This document shows positions 27,770 through 38,056 of a DNA stretch of 64,000 nucleotides, piece after piece. Source of the DNA: Bacteroidota bacterium. GTDB lineage: Bacteria > Bacteroidota > Bacteroidia > UKL13-3. Location of the stretch: contig JAIXWW010000012.1 in assembly GCA_027491085.1 (NCBI GenBank), positions 170,628 to 234,627 on the forward strand, in the 5' to 3' direction. The notes under the pieces are model-generated. The model did not search any database and was not told the DNA's origin. It saw nothing but the letters and a program-made list of their open reading frames with translations. Positions within the stretch are counted from its first letter, which is position 1; each line of letters opens with the position of its first letter. Both the position numbers and the translations under genes were made by a program.

Positions 27770-28987
27770 ATGATTAGTTCAAATAAGCCTCATGTTGCCT
27801 TAATATTGGATGATGCATCATTTGTGGTGGAATTTTCCAGTATGTTTAAGGAATATTTTGAAATCTACTGTTTTGAAAATGCTTTTCAATTTATTCAATG
27901 GACAAATAAAAACCCACCTGTAAAACTGATAGTTAGCGGGTTTGATTTATTAGGAGTAAATGGTATAACATTAAGGAAAAACTGTAAGAATATTCCAAAA
28001 ACAGCCAATGTACCATTTTTTCTTATAGTTGATAGGATTAATGATAGCAATAAACATGTAGCACTTTATGAACATTTTGCCGATATTTTTGATTTACCAA
28101 TCAATAAGGAAGAATTTTTATTGAGAGCTAATTATATCATTGCAAATCCACCAAGATATCATCACACTATAAAAAATAAAAAGAACGATTTTGCTGATTA
28201 TTCAATGCCTTTCATGAAACGATTGTTCGATATTTTTGTTTCAGGTTTAGCATTGTTATTGTTATCACCCGTTTTTTTAATTGTAGCTATATTAATCCGT
28301 ATTGAAAGTAAAGGCCCTGTTTTTTACTATAGTAAACGTGTAGGAACTGGTTACAATGTTTTTAAATTTTATAAATTTAGAAGTATGCGTCAAGGTGCTG
28401 ATAATATGCTAAAAGACTTGAAACATTTAAATCAATACGCAAATGCAGAACCTAAAAAAGAATCTGTTATTGAAACAAAGTCGAGTGAATTTGATTTAAA
28501 AAATTATTTATGTGAAGATTGTAAGAAAAACAATACAAGTTGTAAATCTCCTCTTTATATGGATGGTGAGCAAATTTGTGAAAAATCTTACTTAGAAAAT
28601 AATAAGAGCAAACAAGGTTCGACTTTCATCAAAATAGAAAATGATCCTCGCATTACCAAAATTGGTAAATTTATTCGAAATACAAGTATTGATGAGTTAC
28701 CTCAATTATTTAATGTTTTGAAGGGTGATATGAGTATTGTGGGTAACAGGCCATTACCAATGTATGAAGCCGAAAAAATAACCACAGACCAATTTGCTTT
28801 ACGTTTTATTGCTCCGGCCGGAATTACTGGTTTATGGCAAGTTACTAAACGTGGTAAAGGTGGACCAATGAGTGAGGAAGAACGTATGGAATTAGATAAT
28901 CAATATGCCAAAACTTATTCGTTTTGGAATGATATTATTTTAATTTTAAAAACGGTTCCTGCTTTATTTCAAAAAGAGAATGTTTAA
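27770..28987 (+). CDS. phosphoglycosyl (bacterial sugar) transferase with N-terminal degenerate receiver-like domain
   Basis: C-terminal half has the monotopic PGT pattern: KRLFDIFVSGLALLLLSPVFL.., KFRSM, DPRITKIGKFIRNTSIDELPQLFNVLKGDMSIVGNRP. The N-terminal ~125 aa aligns to receiver topology but lacks the Asp, Thr/Ser and Lys consensus residues. Confidence 0.85.
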   Translation: MISSNKPHVALILDDASFVVEFSSMFKEYFEIYCFENAFQFIQWTNKNPPVKLIVSGFDLLGVNGITLRKNCKNIPKTANVPFFLIVDRINDSNKHVALYEHFADIFDLPINKEEFLLRANYIIANPPRYHHTIKNKKNDFADYSMPFMKRLFDIFVSGLALLLLSPVFLIVAILIRIESKGPVFYYSKRVGTGYNVFKFYKFRSMRQGADNMLKDLKHLNQYANAEPKKESVIETKSSEFDLKNYLCEDCKKNNTSCKSPLYMDGEQICEKSYLENNKSKQGSTFIKIENDPRITKIGKFIRNTSIDELPQLFNVLKGDMSIVGNRPLPMYEAEKITTDQFALRFIAPAGITGLWQVTKRGKGGPMSEEERMELDNQYAKTYSFWNDIILILKTVPALFQKENV

Positions 28988-29008
28988 TTCTAAAAAAGCA
29001 ATAAAAAA

Positions 29009-29042
29009 GCCCTTGTTACAATTTGATAACAAGGGCTTTTTT
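29009..29042. terminator. bidirectional rho-independent terminator
   Basis: gcccttgtta-N8-taacaagggc flanked by A-run and T-run. Confidence 0.85.
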
Positions 29043-29054
29043 ATTTTTAAAAAT

Positions 29055-29240
29055 TTACCACTTAAAAATTCCTTTCGCTGCCAAATAAGGCAACACGATA
29101 TATAAGGTTACGCCTTTTACTAAAAAGAACATAAAACCCCAAAAACCTAATTTCTTGACATAGCCAAGCCACTTCCAACGTTTACCATGCGGAACAGGGC
29201 ATTCAATAGGTTTCGATTCTGTTTTAGTTATTACTTCCAC
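29055..29240 (-). CDS. possible small membrane protein (61 aa, GTG start)
   Basis: ORF track only. One clear hydrophobic helix (FWGFMFFLVKGVTLYIVLPYLAA). Lies between two terminators, so it would need its own promoter. Confidence 0.3.
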   Translation of the reverse strand: MEVITKTESKPIECPVPHGKRWKWLGYVKKLGFWGFMFFLVKGVTLYIVLPYLAAKGIFKW

Positions 29241-29320
29241 ACTGCAAGTTTAGTAATTGATTTTTAATTATCTAAGTTGATTTTTGTTTGAAAACAATTT
29301 TATTGTTTATAAATAATAAA

Positions 29321-29340
29321 GGCTGCCTAGAAAAGCAGCC
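29321..29340 (-). terminator. hairpin after the biotin carboxylase gene
   Basis: ggctgc-ctagaaaa-gcagcc, with a T-rich tract on the minus strand. Confidence 0.55.
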
Positions 29341-29373
29341 AATATTGATATAAAATTATTTCTTATAACGAAC

Positions 29374-30852
29374 TTAAGCTTTTCTATTTTGTAGCCAATT
29401 GCTGCTTTTGCCTTCTACTGCTTGTTGTTTGGAGGCGGCATCGCTGCTAAAAAATAATTCGCCTGCTGCAAAAGCATAAGCTTCATCGTAATTATTAGGC
29501 TGTTTTAAATATTCAGGTTTAAAATAGTTTTCAATAAATTTGGTATCAAATTTACCTGTTTTAAAAGCTTCGTGTTGCATTACAAATTTTCCAAATGGCA
29601 AAGTAGTTTCAATACCTGTTAATTGGTAATCGTCAATAGCACGAACCATGCGGTTCATGGCTTCTTCACGGTCTTTTCCAAAAGTAATTAACTTAGCAAT
29701 CATTGGGTCGTATTGAATTGGAATTTCCATGCCAGCTTCAAAACTATCATCCACACGCACACCATAACCTTGAGGTGTTTTGTAAGTATTTAATTTCCCA
29801 ATATCAGGTAAAAAATTATTAGCAGGATCTTCTGCACAAACACGTAATTCGATTGCATGACCAGTTATTTTTAAATCTTCTTGCGTATAACCTAAAGCCT
29901 CACCACGTGCTACTCGTATTTGTTCTTTTACTAAATCTAAATTCACAATTTGCTCAGTAACCGGGTGTTCTACTTGCAAACGGGTATTCATTTCCAAGAA
30001 GTAGAAATTTAATTTATCGTCCACCAAAAACTCAACCGTACCAGCACCAACATAATTACAAGCTTTGGCTACATTTACAGCAGCCTCACCCATTTTTTGG
30101 CGCACTTCTTCAGTTAAACAACTACTTGGAGCTTCTTCTACCAATTTTTGATGTCTGCGTTGAATACTGCATTCACGCTCAAATAAGTGAACTATATTTC
30201 CATGTGTATCGCCTAAAATTTGAAACTCAATATGGCGAGGAGAACCCACATATTTTTCTATAAAAACAGCATCATCGCCAAAAGCACTTTTAGCTTCTGA
30301 TTGTGCTAATTTAATTTGCTCTTCAAATTGACTTTCATCTTCAACCACACGCATACCTTTACCACCACCACCTGCACTTGCTTTAATTAAAATTGGATAA
30401 CCAATTTCAGTAGCAATTTTTTTAGCAGCTTCTACATCAGTTAAAGCATCTTTGGTTCCTGGAACCATAGGCACGTTAAAGGCAGCAACAGCATTTTTAG
30501 CCGAAATTTTTCCACCCATAATTTCCATACTTTCAGCACTTGGCCCAATAAATGTAATTCCGGCTTCTTTAACCTTACGAGCAAAATGAGCATTTTCACT
30601 TAAAAATCCATATCCGGGATGGATTCCATCTACACCTAACTGCAACGCAACTTCAATAATTTTATCGCCTAACAAATAACTTTGGTTACTTGGTGGCGGA
30701 CCAATGCAAACGGCTTCATCGGCATAACGTACATGCAAGGCTTTTCTATCGGCTTCGCTAAATACAGCTACTGTTTTAATTCCCATTTCTTTAGCTGTGC
30801 GCATTACACGTAAAGCTATTTCACCTCTATTTGCTACAAGTATTTTTTTCAT
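29374..30852 (-). CDS. accC: biotin carboxylase (acetyl/acyl-CoA carboxylase biotin carboxylase subunit) with ~40-aa C-terminal extension
   Basis: MKKILVANRGEIALRV, ATP-grasp GGGGKGMRVV, EMNTRLQVEHPVTE. No BCCP domain. 492 aa versus about 450 typical. Confidence 0.88.
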   Translation of the reverse strand: MKKILVANRGEIALRVMRTAKEMGIKTVAVFSEADRKALHVRYADEAVCIGPPPSNQSYLLGDKIIEVALQLGVDGIHPGYGFLSENAHFARKVKEAGITFIGPSAESMEIMGGKISAKNAVAAFNVPMVPGTKDALTDVEAAKKIATEIGYPILIKASAGGGGKGMRVVEDESQFEEQIKLAQSEAKSAFGDDAVFIEKYVGSPRHIEFQILGDTHGNIVHLFERECSIQRRHQKLVEEAPSSCLTEEVRQKMGEAAVNVAKACNYVGAGTVEFLVDDKLNFYFLEMNTRLQVEHPVTEQIVNLDLVKEQIRVARGEALGYTQEDLKITGHAIELRVCAEDPANNFLPDIGKLNTYKTPQGYGVRVDDSFEAGMEIPIQYDPMIAKLITFGKDREEAMNRMVRAIDDYQLTGIETTLPFGKFVMQHEAFKTGKFDTKFIENYFKPEYLKQPNNYDEAYAFAAGELFFSSDAASKQQAVEGKSSNWLQNRKA

Positions 30853-31053
30853 AAAATTATTGGGACGAATATAAAATGTTTTTAGCCTAATTGTTTACAT
30901 AACTTTTATTGGAAAAACATATTAACCAAACCAATTCCTAAAATTAAATAATCTTGGTTTTTAAACTGATTTATTTCCACACTATTTAAAAGGATTAATA
31001 CTATTTTTGCATAGTTTTAAAACAATTTATTGCTCAATTAATTTATATAATTA

Positions 31054-31929
31054 ATGATAAAAAAAGTTAGAGTTGGCGGTGTTCCTGAACATTTTAATTT
31101 AGCTTGGCATTTAGCCATTGAAAATGGAAAATTTGCAGAAAAAGGTATAGAAATTGAGTGGATTGATGTTCCGGGAGGCACAGGTGCTATGTGTAAAATG
31201 TTGAGAGATGGTGAAATAGATATTGCCATAGCTTTAACTGAAGGTGTAATAGCCGACATAACTCATGGAAACCCTAGTAAAATTGTACAGTTTTATGTTA
31301 ACTCTCCTTTACGTTGGGGTATTTTTGTAAATGCCAAATCGCCTATAAATACCATTGTAGAAATGCAAGGTCACAAATATGCTATAAGCCGTTATAAATC
31401 AGGTTCGCATTTAATGGCTTACGTAAATGCAGCCAATAATGGTTTAACCATTAACGATGAAACAGATTTTGAAATTATAGGTAACCTAACAGGTGCGCGA
31501 AAAGCTTTGGCAGAAGATACTGCTCAACTGTTTATGTGGGAAAAATTTACCACAAAACCTTTTGTTGATAATGGGGAGTTTAAAATGATTGGTGAATGTA
31601 AAACACCTTGGCCTTGTTTTGCTGTAGTTGCCACTGATGATTTTATAGAAAATCAACCGCAAACTTTAGATGAGGTATTGGAAATAGTGAACCAAAGTTG
31701 CAATAAATTAAAATACAACGATGAAGCAGTTGATTTAATAGCTTGGCGTTATCAAATTAAATTAGCCGATGCTATGAAATGGTTCAGCGAGCTTGAATAT
31801 GCAGCCAAAGCCGAGTTAAACGAAGAAGAAATGAATATTATTTTTGGTAAACTGGTTCAGTTTAAAATTATTGATACCATTCCAAACATTTTTGATATTT
31901 GTTATAACAAAACAGTAGAATTAGCTTAA
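31054..31929 (+). CDS. NMT1/THI5-like periplasmic-binding-fold protein (substrate-binding domain protein)
   Basis: VRVGGVPEHFNLAWHLA...GGTGAMCKMLRDGEIDIAIALTEG pattern recalled from this family. Function unknown. Confidence 0.55.
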   Translation: MIKKVRVGGVPEHFNLAWHLAIENGKFAEKGIEIEWIDVPGGTGAMCKMLRDGEIDIAIALTEGVIADITHGNPSKIVQFYVNSPLRWGIFVNAKSPINTIVEMQGHKYAISRYKSGSHLMAYVNAANNGLTINDETDFEIIGNLTGARKALAEDTAQLFMWEKFTTKPFVDNGEFKMIGECKTPWPCFAVVATDDFIENQPQTLDEVLEIVNQSCNKLKYNDEAVDLIAWRYQIKLADAMKWFSELEYAAKAELNEEEMNIIFGKLVQFKIIDTIPNIFDICYNKTVELA

Positions 31930-31955
31930 TACTAATGTATCTAACATACTAAAAA

Positions 31956-31988
31956 GGCTGCTTGAGGTAATCTCAAAGCAGCCTTTTT
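31956..31988. terminator. bidirectional rho-independent terminator
   Basis: ggctgcttgag-N5-ctcaaagcagcc (one-base bulge) flanked by A5 and T5. Confidence 0.8.
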
Positions 31989-32006
31989 ATTTAATAATTC
32001 ACTTAT

Positions 32007-35000
32007 TTAATATGCTCTCTTTTTAAATAAATCTTTTATACCATCAAACTCTTTGCGATAGTATAATCCAATACCTTGAGTGGTTATGTTTCTATTAAAA
32101 ATTGGATCTGTTGTAAAGCGGTTAAATGCTCTTGCTTTAAAATTTCCATTTTGTGAAATATTGTATTGTGCTAAAATATTATTTTGTGAATTATCGGTAG
32201 CAAAACTTCCACGTACTTCCAATTTATTATTAAGTAATTTCTTACTTGCGGATATAATAATATTTCTTCTAGTTTGGTCTGTACTGTTTATAAGATCAAC
32301 ATTTAAATCAAAATTTGGTATGTACTTATTTACTATGTTGGTAACTTGAGCTGAAGCTATTTGAGAAAGGGTATTAATTCCTATATTATTATTAATTCCT
32401 GCTGTAGCTGAATTAGCCGAATTAATAGCAGTAAATCTACCAAAAACTATTAAACTAATAATTTGCTGAGTCATATTTTCAGGCTCTTTACGTAAATTAC
32501 TTACCGCTAAATTTAAATCCGAAATACTGCTGCTATTCATTGAATTATCAATATCAGGGAAATTTAAATCAAATACATATTGTGGTTGTAATAAAGAGCC
32601 TTTAATATTCATGACAGCTTCAACAGTAGTTTTGGGGTCGCTGGTTGCTGTTCCGTTTGTATTTTGAGTAGCAGCTGCACTATTACCAGTGAGTTCGCTT
32701 GTTGTTGTTCTTAACTTATAAACACCAACAATATTTAGCTGGGCATTCAAGGGGTCGCCACTCCAATTTATATTACTTTTTTGCAATTTAAATTTTTTGG
32801 GTACAATGTTTAAGGCCGTAAAAATATAATCGCCTTCAATTACATTATACTCGCCATACATATTAAACGCGCCTTGTCGAGTAAGTTCTAGTTTTATATC
32901 ACCTAAACCAGTGGCTCTTATTTTATCATCAGTTTGCTCATTTAGCAAAATTGCCACTTCGGCATTAGGCCTAGTTTTTATTAAACAATTAATTGAAAAT
33001 CCACTTAAATTTTCCTGCCTTGTAATTAATAGTTTTTTGGTGGTATCTTTCGAGTTAAAGTGCATCAGTGTTTCATCTTCACCATCGCTCACACCAAATG
33101 GAGTAATGGTAACTTTAGTGCCTTTTTCAGTAGCAGCTTCTATGTTTAGTGCAATATCATTTAAGGGCCCTTTTATCGACATATTTCCACTTCCAAATGC
33201 TTGTCCATGGTAAAGCGAATTATCTTTACTAGTGGTGTTCAAAACCATTAAGTTATTAAAGTCTTTGATATCTATATCAAAGTCAAATCTGTTAAAATTA
33301 TGGTGATTAATACTGCCACTAACTTTGGCAATATTGTTATTTACGTCCATCATTTCAAAAGGTACAAACTCTATGATACTTTTATTAAAATGAATGGTGT
33401 TGGTGCAGTGGTAAGTAGTTTGTAAATAGTTAATTTTAGTGTGTAAATTATTTACTTGTAAAACCCCGTCAATATCTGGCTTATCTAATGTTCCACTCAC
33501 CAATGCTTTTAAACTTAGTTTACCTTTATAAATAGTTATATAATCTTTTCCAAACGATTGAAAAGCGCTTGCATCGGCCTCACTAAAACTTACATTGGCA
33601 TCAATTACGTTGGTATTAACTAACCAATAACCACTGGCTTCAAAATTATTTAATTTACCATTTAAAGCAGTTGCATCAAACGAAAGTCGTTTATTTTTAT
33701 CATCAAAATTACTTATTAACTCAATATCACCAATGGTGTCGTTATCCAATTTTAAGTTATTTACAACTACATTTCCATTTATTATATTTTTATCTTGGTA
33801 AGATTGATATGATAGATTACCATTACTTTTTCCTTCGATATTAATGTATAAATTAGGGTAAAGTAAATTTAGGTTGTTGAGTTCAAAATCTGTTAACGAA
33901 ACCAATAAATTCTTTTTATTAGTTTTTTGATTAACCTGCCCATTTATTGCTATCAATTGTTTGCCACTACTTAATGATACTTGTTCTATTTTAACCAATG
34001 AGTCGTATAAATTTAATTCTCCATCAGGATTTATTTTCCAGTTTGATTGACTATAAATGATGTTAGATTGGTTAAACTTAAACTGTACTTGTTTTGGTAA
34101 AAAATTGACTACACTGTTTAGATTAGCATAAATTAAACTGGTTGTATCTTGAACGATAACTTGTAATAAAGCTTTATTGTTTGCTCCACTAGCTTTTAAT
34201 GCAAACTCCTTCATCAAAATGGTATCGTTTTGGGCAAACTTTGAAATACCAAATAAAAATTGAGCTGAATTATTGGGTTTAATTTCTGTTTTGAGCGTTA
34301 AATCATTTAATAGATAATTTTTGTATCTAAATGTTTCAACATAACCAAGCACCTCGGCTATATCTTTATAGTTGTTTAAATTACCTTTTAACTCCAATTG
34401 CTCTATATCTAAGTCAGGAAAAAATAGTACATTTAGTTTTTGAGTATTATCCAAAGCTAAATCAAAGCTAAAGTTTTGTTTGGTAATTTCTTCATTTTTA
34501 TATGGCGATAAATAATTAGGCACCACTTTACAGAGCATATTGTTAAAGCATTTGTAAAGACTTAAAAAATTATATTCTCCATTAATAGTAGCATTTAGGA
34601 AATCGCTTTTTAGTACCAAATTTCTGTTTTCAGTTCCAGCATTGCTTGATTTTACTTTAATTTGATTGATTGTATAATCAACATGGTTGTATTCTAAAGT
34701 GGTGTTACTAATATTAAGTTCACCATTATTTCTATCAATATCTTTTACAGCAAAATCACCCTTAATTTTGGTTGTTAAAATAATGTCTTTATCGTACAAA
34801 TTGAGTGTTTTTAAATGAGCCTGGTTTATATTTGTTTCAAATAAAAATTCTGGAATTTTTTTGTTTAAATCTGCTTTACCAACTAAATTAAAACCAATAT
34901 TCTCATCATTTATTTCAAGCTTACCGTTAAAATACTTTCGATCAAAATCACCAATTATGCTAATATTTTTATAATCGTAATTATTATATGTAAAGTTTTT

Positions 35001-36389
35001 AATAGTGGTAGTGGTATTTGCTTTTAACGTTTTTAAGTCGAATCCTTTTCCATTTAACTCACTTGTTAGACTTACCATTCCAAACTGTTTGGTATCGTTT
35101 AACAATGCACCTAAATTAAATTCAGTTAAGTTTAAGTTTCCCGAATAAATTGACTGCAAAGCATCATCTGTAAGTTTCATATTTAAATCGGAACTGATAT
35201 TTCCAAAAGGAGTTTCTAAATTTCCATAAGCCACAAAATCGTTATAAAAACCAGTATAACTTCCTTTAAACTTTAGTAACCCAAATCGTTCCAATTCGAC
35301 TGGCAATGCCATGCCCGCAAGTTTATCCAATTCCTTTTTAGTTGAAGTGGCATAATCAGCTTTAATTTCAAAAAACGTTTGGTCAATATCGGGTAAGCCA
35401 CTTAAACTAGCACTGCCGTTAAATTCTGTATTATTTGCATAACGTAAATGGCCATTTTTCATGCTCAAGTTATCAATAGTACCTTTAATTTTTGCAGTTA
35501 TGGTAGCATCATAATCATATTGATTTAAAAGCGGTGCAAAAAATGCTATGTCAGATATGTGCACGTAGCTTTGTTTTAAATTAGCTTCTAGCTTAACATT
35601 ACTAATAAAGTTATTGGCCATACTATCGTAATTAGCATAGCGCATACAAGCATAATCTTTAATTTTACTTTTGTTTAGCTGTAAATCAAGGTTAGCAAAC
35701 TCCATGGTGGTAGGCGAAATGATAGTTTTGCAAGCCATCTTTTTTATTTGCAAACCACCTTTTTCCATTCCACTTAAGTCATTCAGAAAAAAATGAAGCG
35801 AATCTTCAATAATTTTAAAATGCGATGCTTTGATGTCAATATTGTAAAAATCTTCATCAAAAGGATTAAACCCTGGTTGATCCCATTTTGCAGTATAATC
35901 AATCATTTTGAACCTACAGTTTTTTCCATTAACCTCATCAAAAATAAGTTTAAATTTTTGAGCATTGGGGTCAGGCGGCATGGTATCATTTGGATCCAAA
36001 ATATTGAATAAAACATCAATATTAAAAGTTTTATCGGAGTAAGTAATTATTTTACACATACCTCCATTAATATTTACTTTCGAAAGTGTAAACTTAGATG
36101 AATCTAGTTCAACTCCGCCTAAATCGAATTGTAAATTTTCTACAAAAAACAGTGTGTCTTTTTTTTGATCGCCCCAATAAATATTATCCAAACTAAAAGT
36201 TGTCCAACCATCATAGTTAAACCTACCAATAGAAATTTCGCATTTAAATGCTTTACTTAAGTAGTTATCAGCTTTTTGAATTATGAAATTTTGAAAAGTT
36301 CCACTATTAAAAATAAGGTAACCCAATAGCAATAGGGAAAAGAAAATTCCTATAAATGTGTACGATATTTTAATTAATAGCTTTTTCAA
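32007..36389 (-). CDS. tamB: translocation and assembly module TamB-like protein (AsmA-like, DUF490 C-terminus)
   Basis: 1460 aa. N-terminal TM anchor, long beta-rich body, divergent from tsaD as is usual in Bacteroidota. Confidence 0.78.
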   Translation of the reverse strand: MKKLLIKISYTFIGIFFSLLLLGYLIFNSGTFQNFIIQKADNYLSKAFKCEISIGRFNYDGWTTFSLDNIYWGDQKKDTLFFVENLQFDLGGVELDSSKFTLSKVNINGGMCKIITYSDKTFNIDVLFNILDPNDTMPPDPNAQKFKLIFDEVNGKNCRFKMIDYTAKWDQPGFNPFDEDFYNIDIKASHFKIIEDSLHFFLNDLSGMEKGGLQIKKMACKTIISPTTMEFANLDLQLNKSKIKDYACMRYANYDSMANNFISNVKLEANLKQSYVHISDIAFFAPLLNQYDYDATITAKIKGTIDNLSMKNGHLRYANNTEFNGSASLSGLPDIDQTFFEIKADYATSTKKELDKLAGMALPVELERFGLLKFKGSYTGFYNDFVAYGNLETPFGNISSDLNMKLTDDALQSIYSGNLNLTEFNLGALLNDTKQFGMVSLTSELNGKGFDLKTLKANTTTTIKNFTYNNYDYKNISIIGDFDRKYFNGKLEINDENIGFNLVGKADLNKKIPEFLFETNINQAHLKTLNLYDKDIILTTKIKGDFAVKDIDRNNGELNISNTTLEYNHVDYTINQIKVKSSNAGTENRNLVLKSDFLNATINGEYNFLSLYKCFNNMLCKVVPNYLSPYKNEEITKQNFSFDLALDNTQKLNVLFFPDLDIEQLELKGNLNNYKDIAEVLGYVETFRYKNYLLNDLTLKTEIKPNNSAQFLFGISKFAQNDTILMKEFALKASGANNKALLQVIVQDTTSLIYANLNSVVNFLPKQVQFKFNQSNIIYSQSNWKINPDGELNLYDSLVKIEQVSLSSGKQLIAINGQVNQKTNKKNLLVSLTDFELNNLNLLYPNLYINIEGKSNGNLSYQSYQDKNIINGNVVVNNLKLDNDTIGDIELISNFDDKNKRLSFDATALNGKLNNFEASGYWLVNTNVIDANVSFSEADASAFQSFGKDYITIYKGKLSLKALVSGTLDKPDIDGVLQVNNLHTKINYLQTTYHCTNTIHFNKSIIEFVPFEMMDVNNNIAKVSGSINHHNFNRFDFDIDIKDFNNLMVLNTTSKDNSLYHGQAFGSGNMSIKGPLNDIALNIEAATEKGTKVTITPFGVSDGEDETLMHFNSKDTTKKLLITRQENLSGFSINCLIKTRPNAEVAILLNEQTDDKIRATGLGDIKLELTRQGAFNMYGEYNVIEGDYIFTALNIVPKKFKLQKSNINWSGDPLNAQLNIVGVYKLRTTTSELTGNSAAATQNTNGTATSDPKTTVEAVMNIKGSLLQPQYVFDLNFPDIDNSMNSSSISDLNLAVSNLRKEPENMTQQIISLIVFGRFTAINSANSATAGINNNIGINTLSQIASAQVTNIVNKYIPNFDLNVDLINSTDQTRRNIIISASKKLLNNKLEVRGSFATDNSQNNILAQYNISQNGNFKARAFNRFTTDPIFNRNITTQGIGLYYRKEFDGIKDLFKKRAY

Positions 36390-36462
36390 TGTAGTTTTGT
36401 CAAATATATAATAATTTATTTTAAAGAGAATAAATTATCCTTATCAAAATTTGAACCATAAA

Positions 36463-37464
36463 ATGTCATTAACCAATATTACTATACTTGCTATAGAATC
36501 AAGCTGCGATGATACCGCTGTTTCTATCATAAAAAATGGAAAAATATTAAGCAATGTAATTGCTGGGCAAAAGGTACACGAGCAATATGGGGGTGTGGTT
36601 CCTGAATTGGCTAGTAGGGCACATCAAGCCAATATTGTTCCAGTTTTGGATGTAGCCATAAAACAAGCTAATATTCAATTATCTGAATTGCATGCCATAG
36701 CATTTACTCAAAACCCAGGTTTAATAGGCTCGTTAATGGTTGGTTGTAGCTTTGCAAAATCTTTGGCACAAACATTAAATATTCCTTTGATAGCGGTTAA
36801 TCACATGCAGGCACATGTTCTAGCTCATTTTATTGACGAACCCAAACCGACCTTTCCTTTTTTATGCTTAACCGTAAGTGGTGGACACACACAAATAGCT
36901 GTTTTTAAAAACTATTTTGAAAGTGAGATTATAGGAAAAACCATTGATGATGCCGCAGGTGAAGCTTTTGATAAAGCTGCAAAAATGTTAAGTTTACCTT
37001 ATCCCGGTGGTCCCTTAATTGATAAATATGCCCAACAAGGAAATGTAGTTTATGAATTTGCTAAACCCAATATTCCAAAACTTGACTACAGTTTTAGTGG
37101 TTTAAAAACTTCGTTTTTGTATTTCCTAAAAAATGAAATGGCTAAAAACGAAAATTTTATTGAGGAGAATAGAGATAATTTATGTGCATCTATACAACAT
37201 AGCATTGTTACTCATTTAATGAAAAAATTGGTTTTAGCTAGTAAACAAACAGGAATAAAAAATATTGCTTTGGCAGGCGGGGTTTCAGCAAATAGTGGAT
37301 TACGCAAAGCAATTGAAGAAGCTGGAAAAAAATACCAATGGAAAACCTTTATTCCTGCTTTCGAATATTGTACTGATAATGCCGCTATGATTGCGATGAC
37401 AGCGCATTACAAATATTTAAACAACGAATTTGTAAGTTTAGAAATTGCTCCAAGTGCTCGGTAA
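36463..37464 (+). CDS. tsaD: tRNA N6-adenosine threonylcarbamoyltransferase
   Basis: ILAIESSCDDTA, GGVVPELASRAH, HMQAH, LTVSGGHTQ, ALAGGVSAN motifs. Confidence 0.95.
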   Translation: MSLTNITILAIESSCDDTAVSIIKNGKILSNVIAGQKVHEQYGGVVPELASRAHQANIVPVLDVAIKQANIQLSELHAIAFTQNPGLIGSLMVGCSFAKSLAQTLNIPLIAVNHMQAHVLAHFIDEPKPTFPFLCLTVSGGHTQIAVFKNYFESEIIGKTIDDAAGEAFDKAAKMLSLPYPGGPLIDKYAQQGNVVYEFAKPNIPKLDYSFSGLKTSFLYFLKNEMAKNENFIEENRDNLCASIQHSIVTHLMKKLVLASKQTGIKNIALAGGVSANSGLRKAIEEAGKKYQWKTFIPAFEYCTDNAAMIAMTAHYKYLNNEFVSLEIAPSAR

Positions 37465-37573
37465 AAAAGTTATAGTGTAGTAAATTTAGTTTTTTTGTTG
37501 AAATGTTTTTTTTCAAGTTATTTGTTTTATTCATTTCAATTTTTATTTTGCAAATTCATTTATAAAAAAAAAT

Positions 37574-37999
37574 ATGAAAAAAATCTTAACTATTTTTAGT
37601 GTTTTAGCAGTAATGGTTATTGCTGGCACAACTTCAGTAAAAGCTGAAAACTATGTAATTAATGACAATGCTGTAGAAGCTGTTTTTGCATCTTGCGATG
37701 CAGCCCCAGTTACATTAGATTATGTAAACTCTATTTTACCTAATGTTCCCACCGAACAAGCTAAAGTTACTGGCGGTACAAATGCTTGGGTGGCTTTTGC
37801 ATTATGTTGGATAGTTGGAGGTTTAGGAGTTCATCGCTTCTACCTAGGTACAGCTCCATTAACTGGTATTGGTTACATTTTAACTTGTGGCGGAATATTC
37901 GGTGTAGTTGTTTTAGTTGACTGGGTTGTTTTATTAGTTGGAGCAATAAACAACGACATTGGAAAATACGAGGATAATACTAAATTCTTTATGTGGTAG
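37574..37999 (+). CDS. TM2 domain-containing membrane protein
   Basis: Signal peptide plus WVAFALCWIVGGLGVHRFYLG TM2 signature. Confidence 0.8.
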   Translation: MKKILTIFSVLAVMVIAGTTSVKAENYVINDNAVEAVFASCDAAPVTLDYVNSILPNVPTEQAKVTGGTNAWVAFALCWIVGGLGVHRFYLGTAPLTGIGYILTCGGIFGVVVLVDWVVLLVGAINNDIGKYEDNTKFFMW

Positions 38000-38021
38000 T
38001 TTTAACTAACTGTAAAATAAA

Positions 38022-38056
38022 AAAGCCCAATCAAATTTATTGATTGGGCTTTTTTT
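38022..38056. terminator. bidirectional rho-independent terminator (overlaps last codons of the 38037 gene)
   Basis: aaagcccaatca-aatttat-tgattgggcttt plus T-run. Confidence 0.8.

Noticed and set aside
29374-30852. Possibility that the stand-alone biotin carboxylase, birA-like ligase, hbd and thiolase form a novel pathway cluster
   Set aside because: The genes are scattered over 30 kb on different transcription units and separated by unrelated housekeeping genes. Stand-alone accC paralogues are common.
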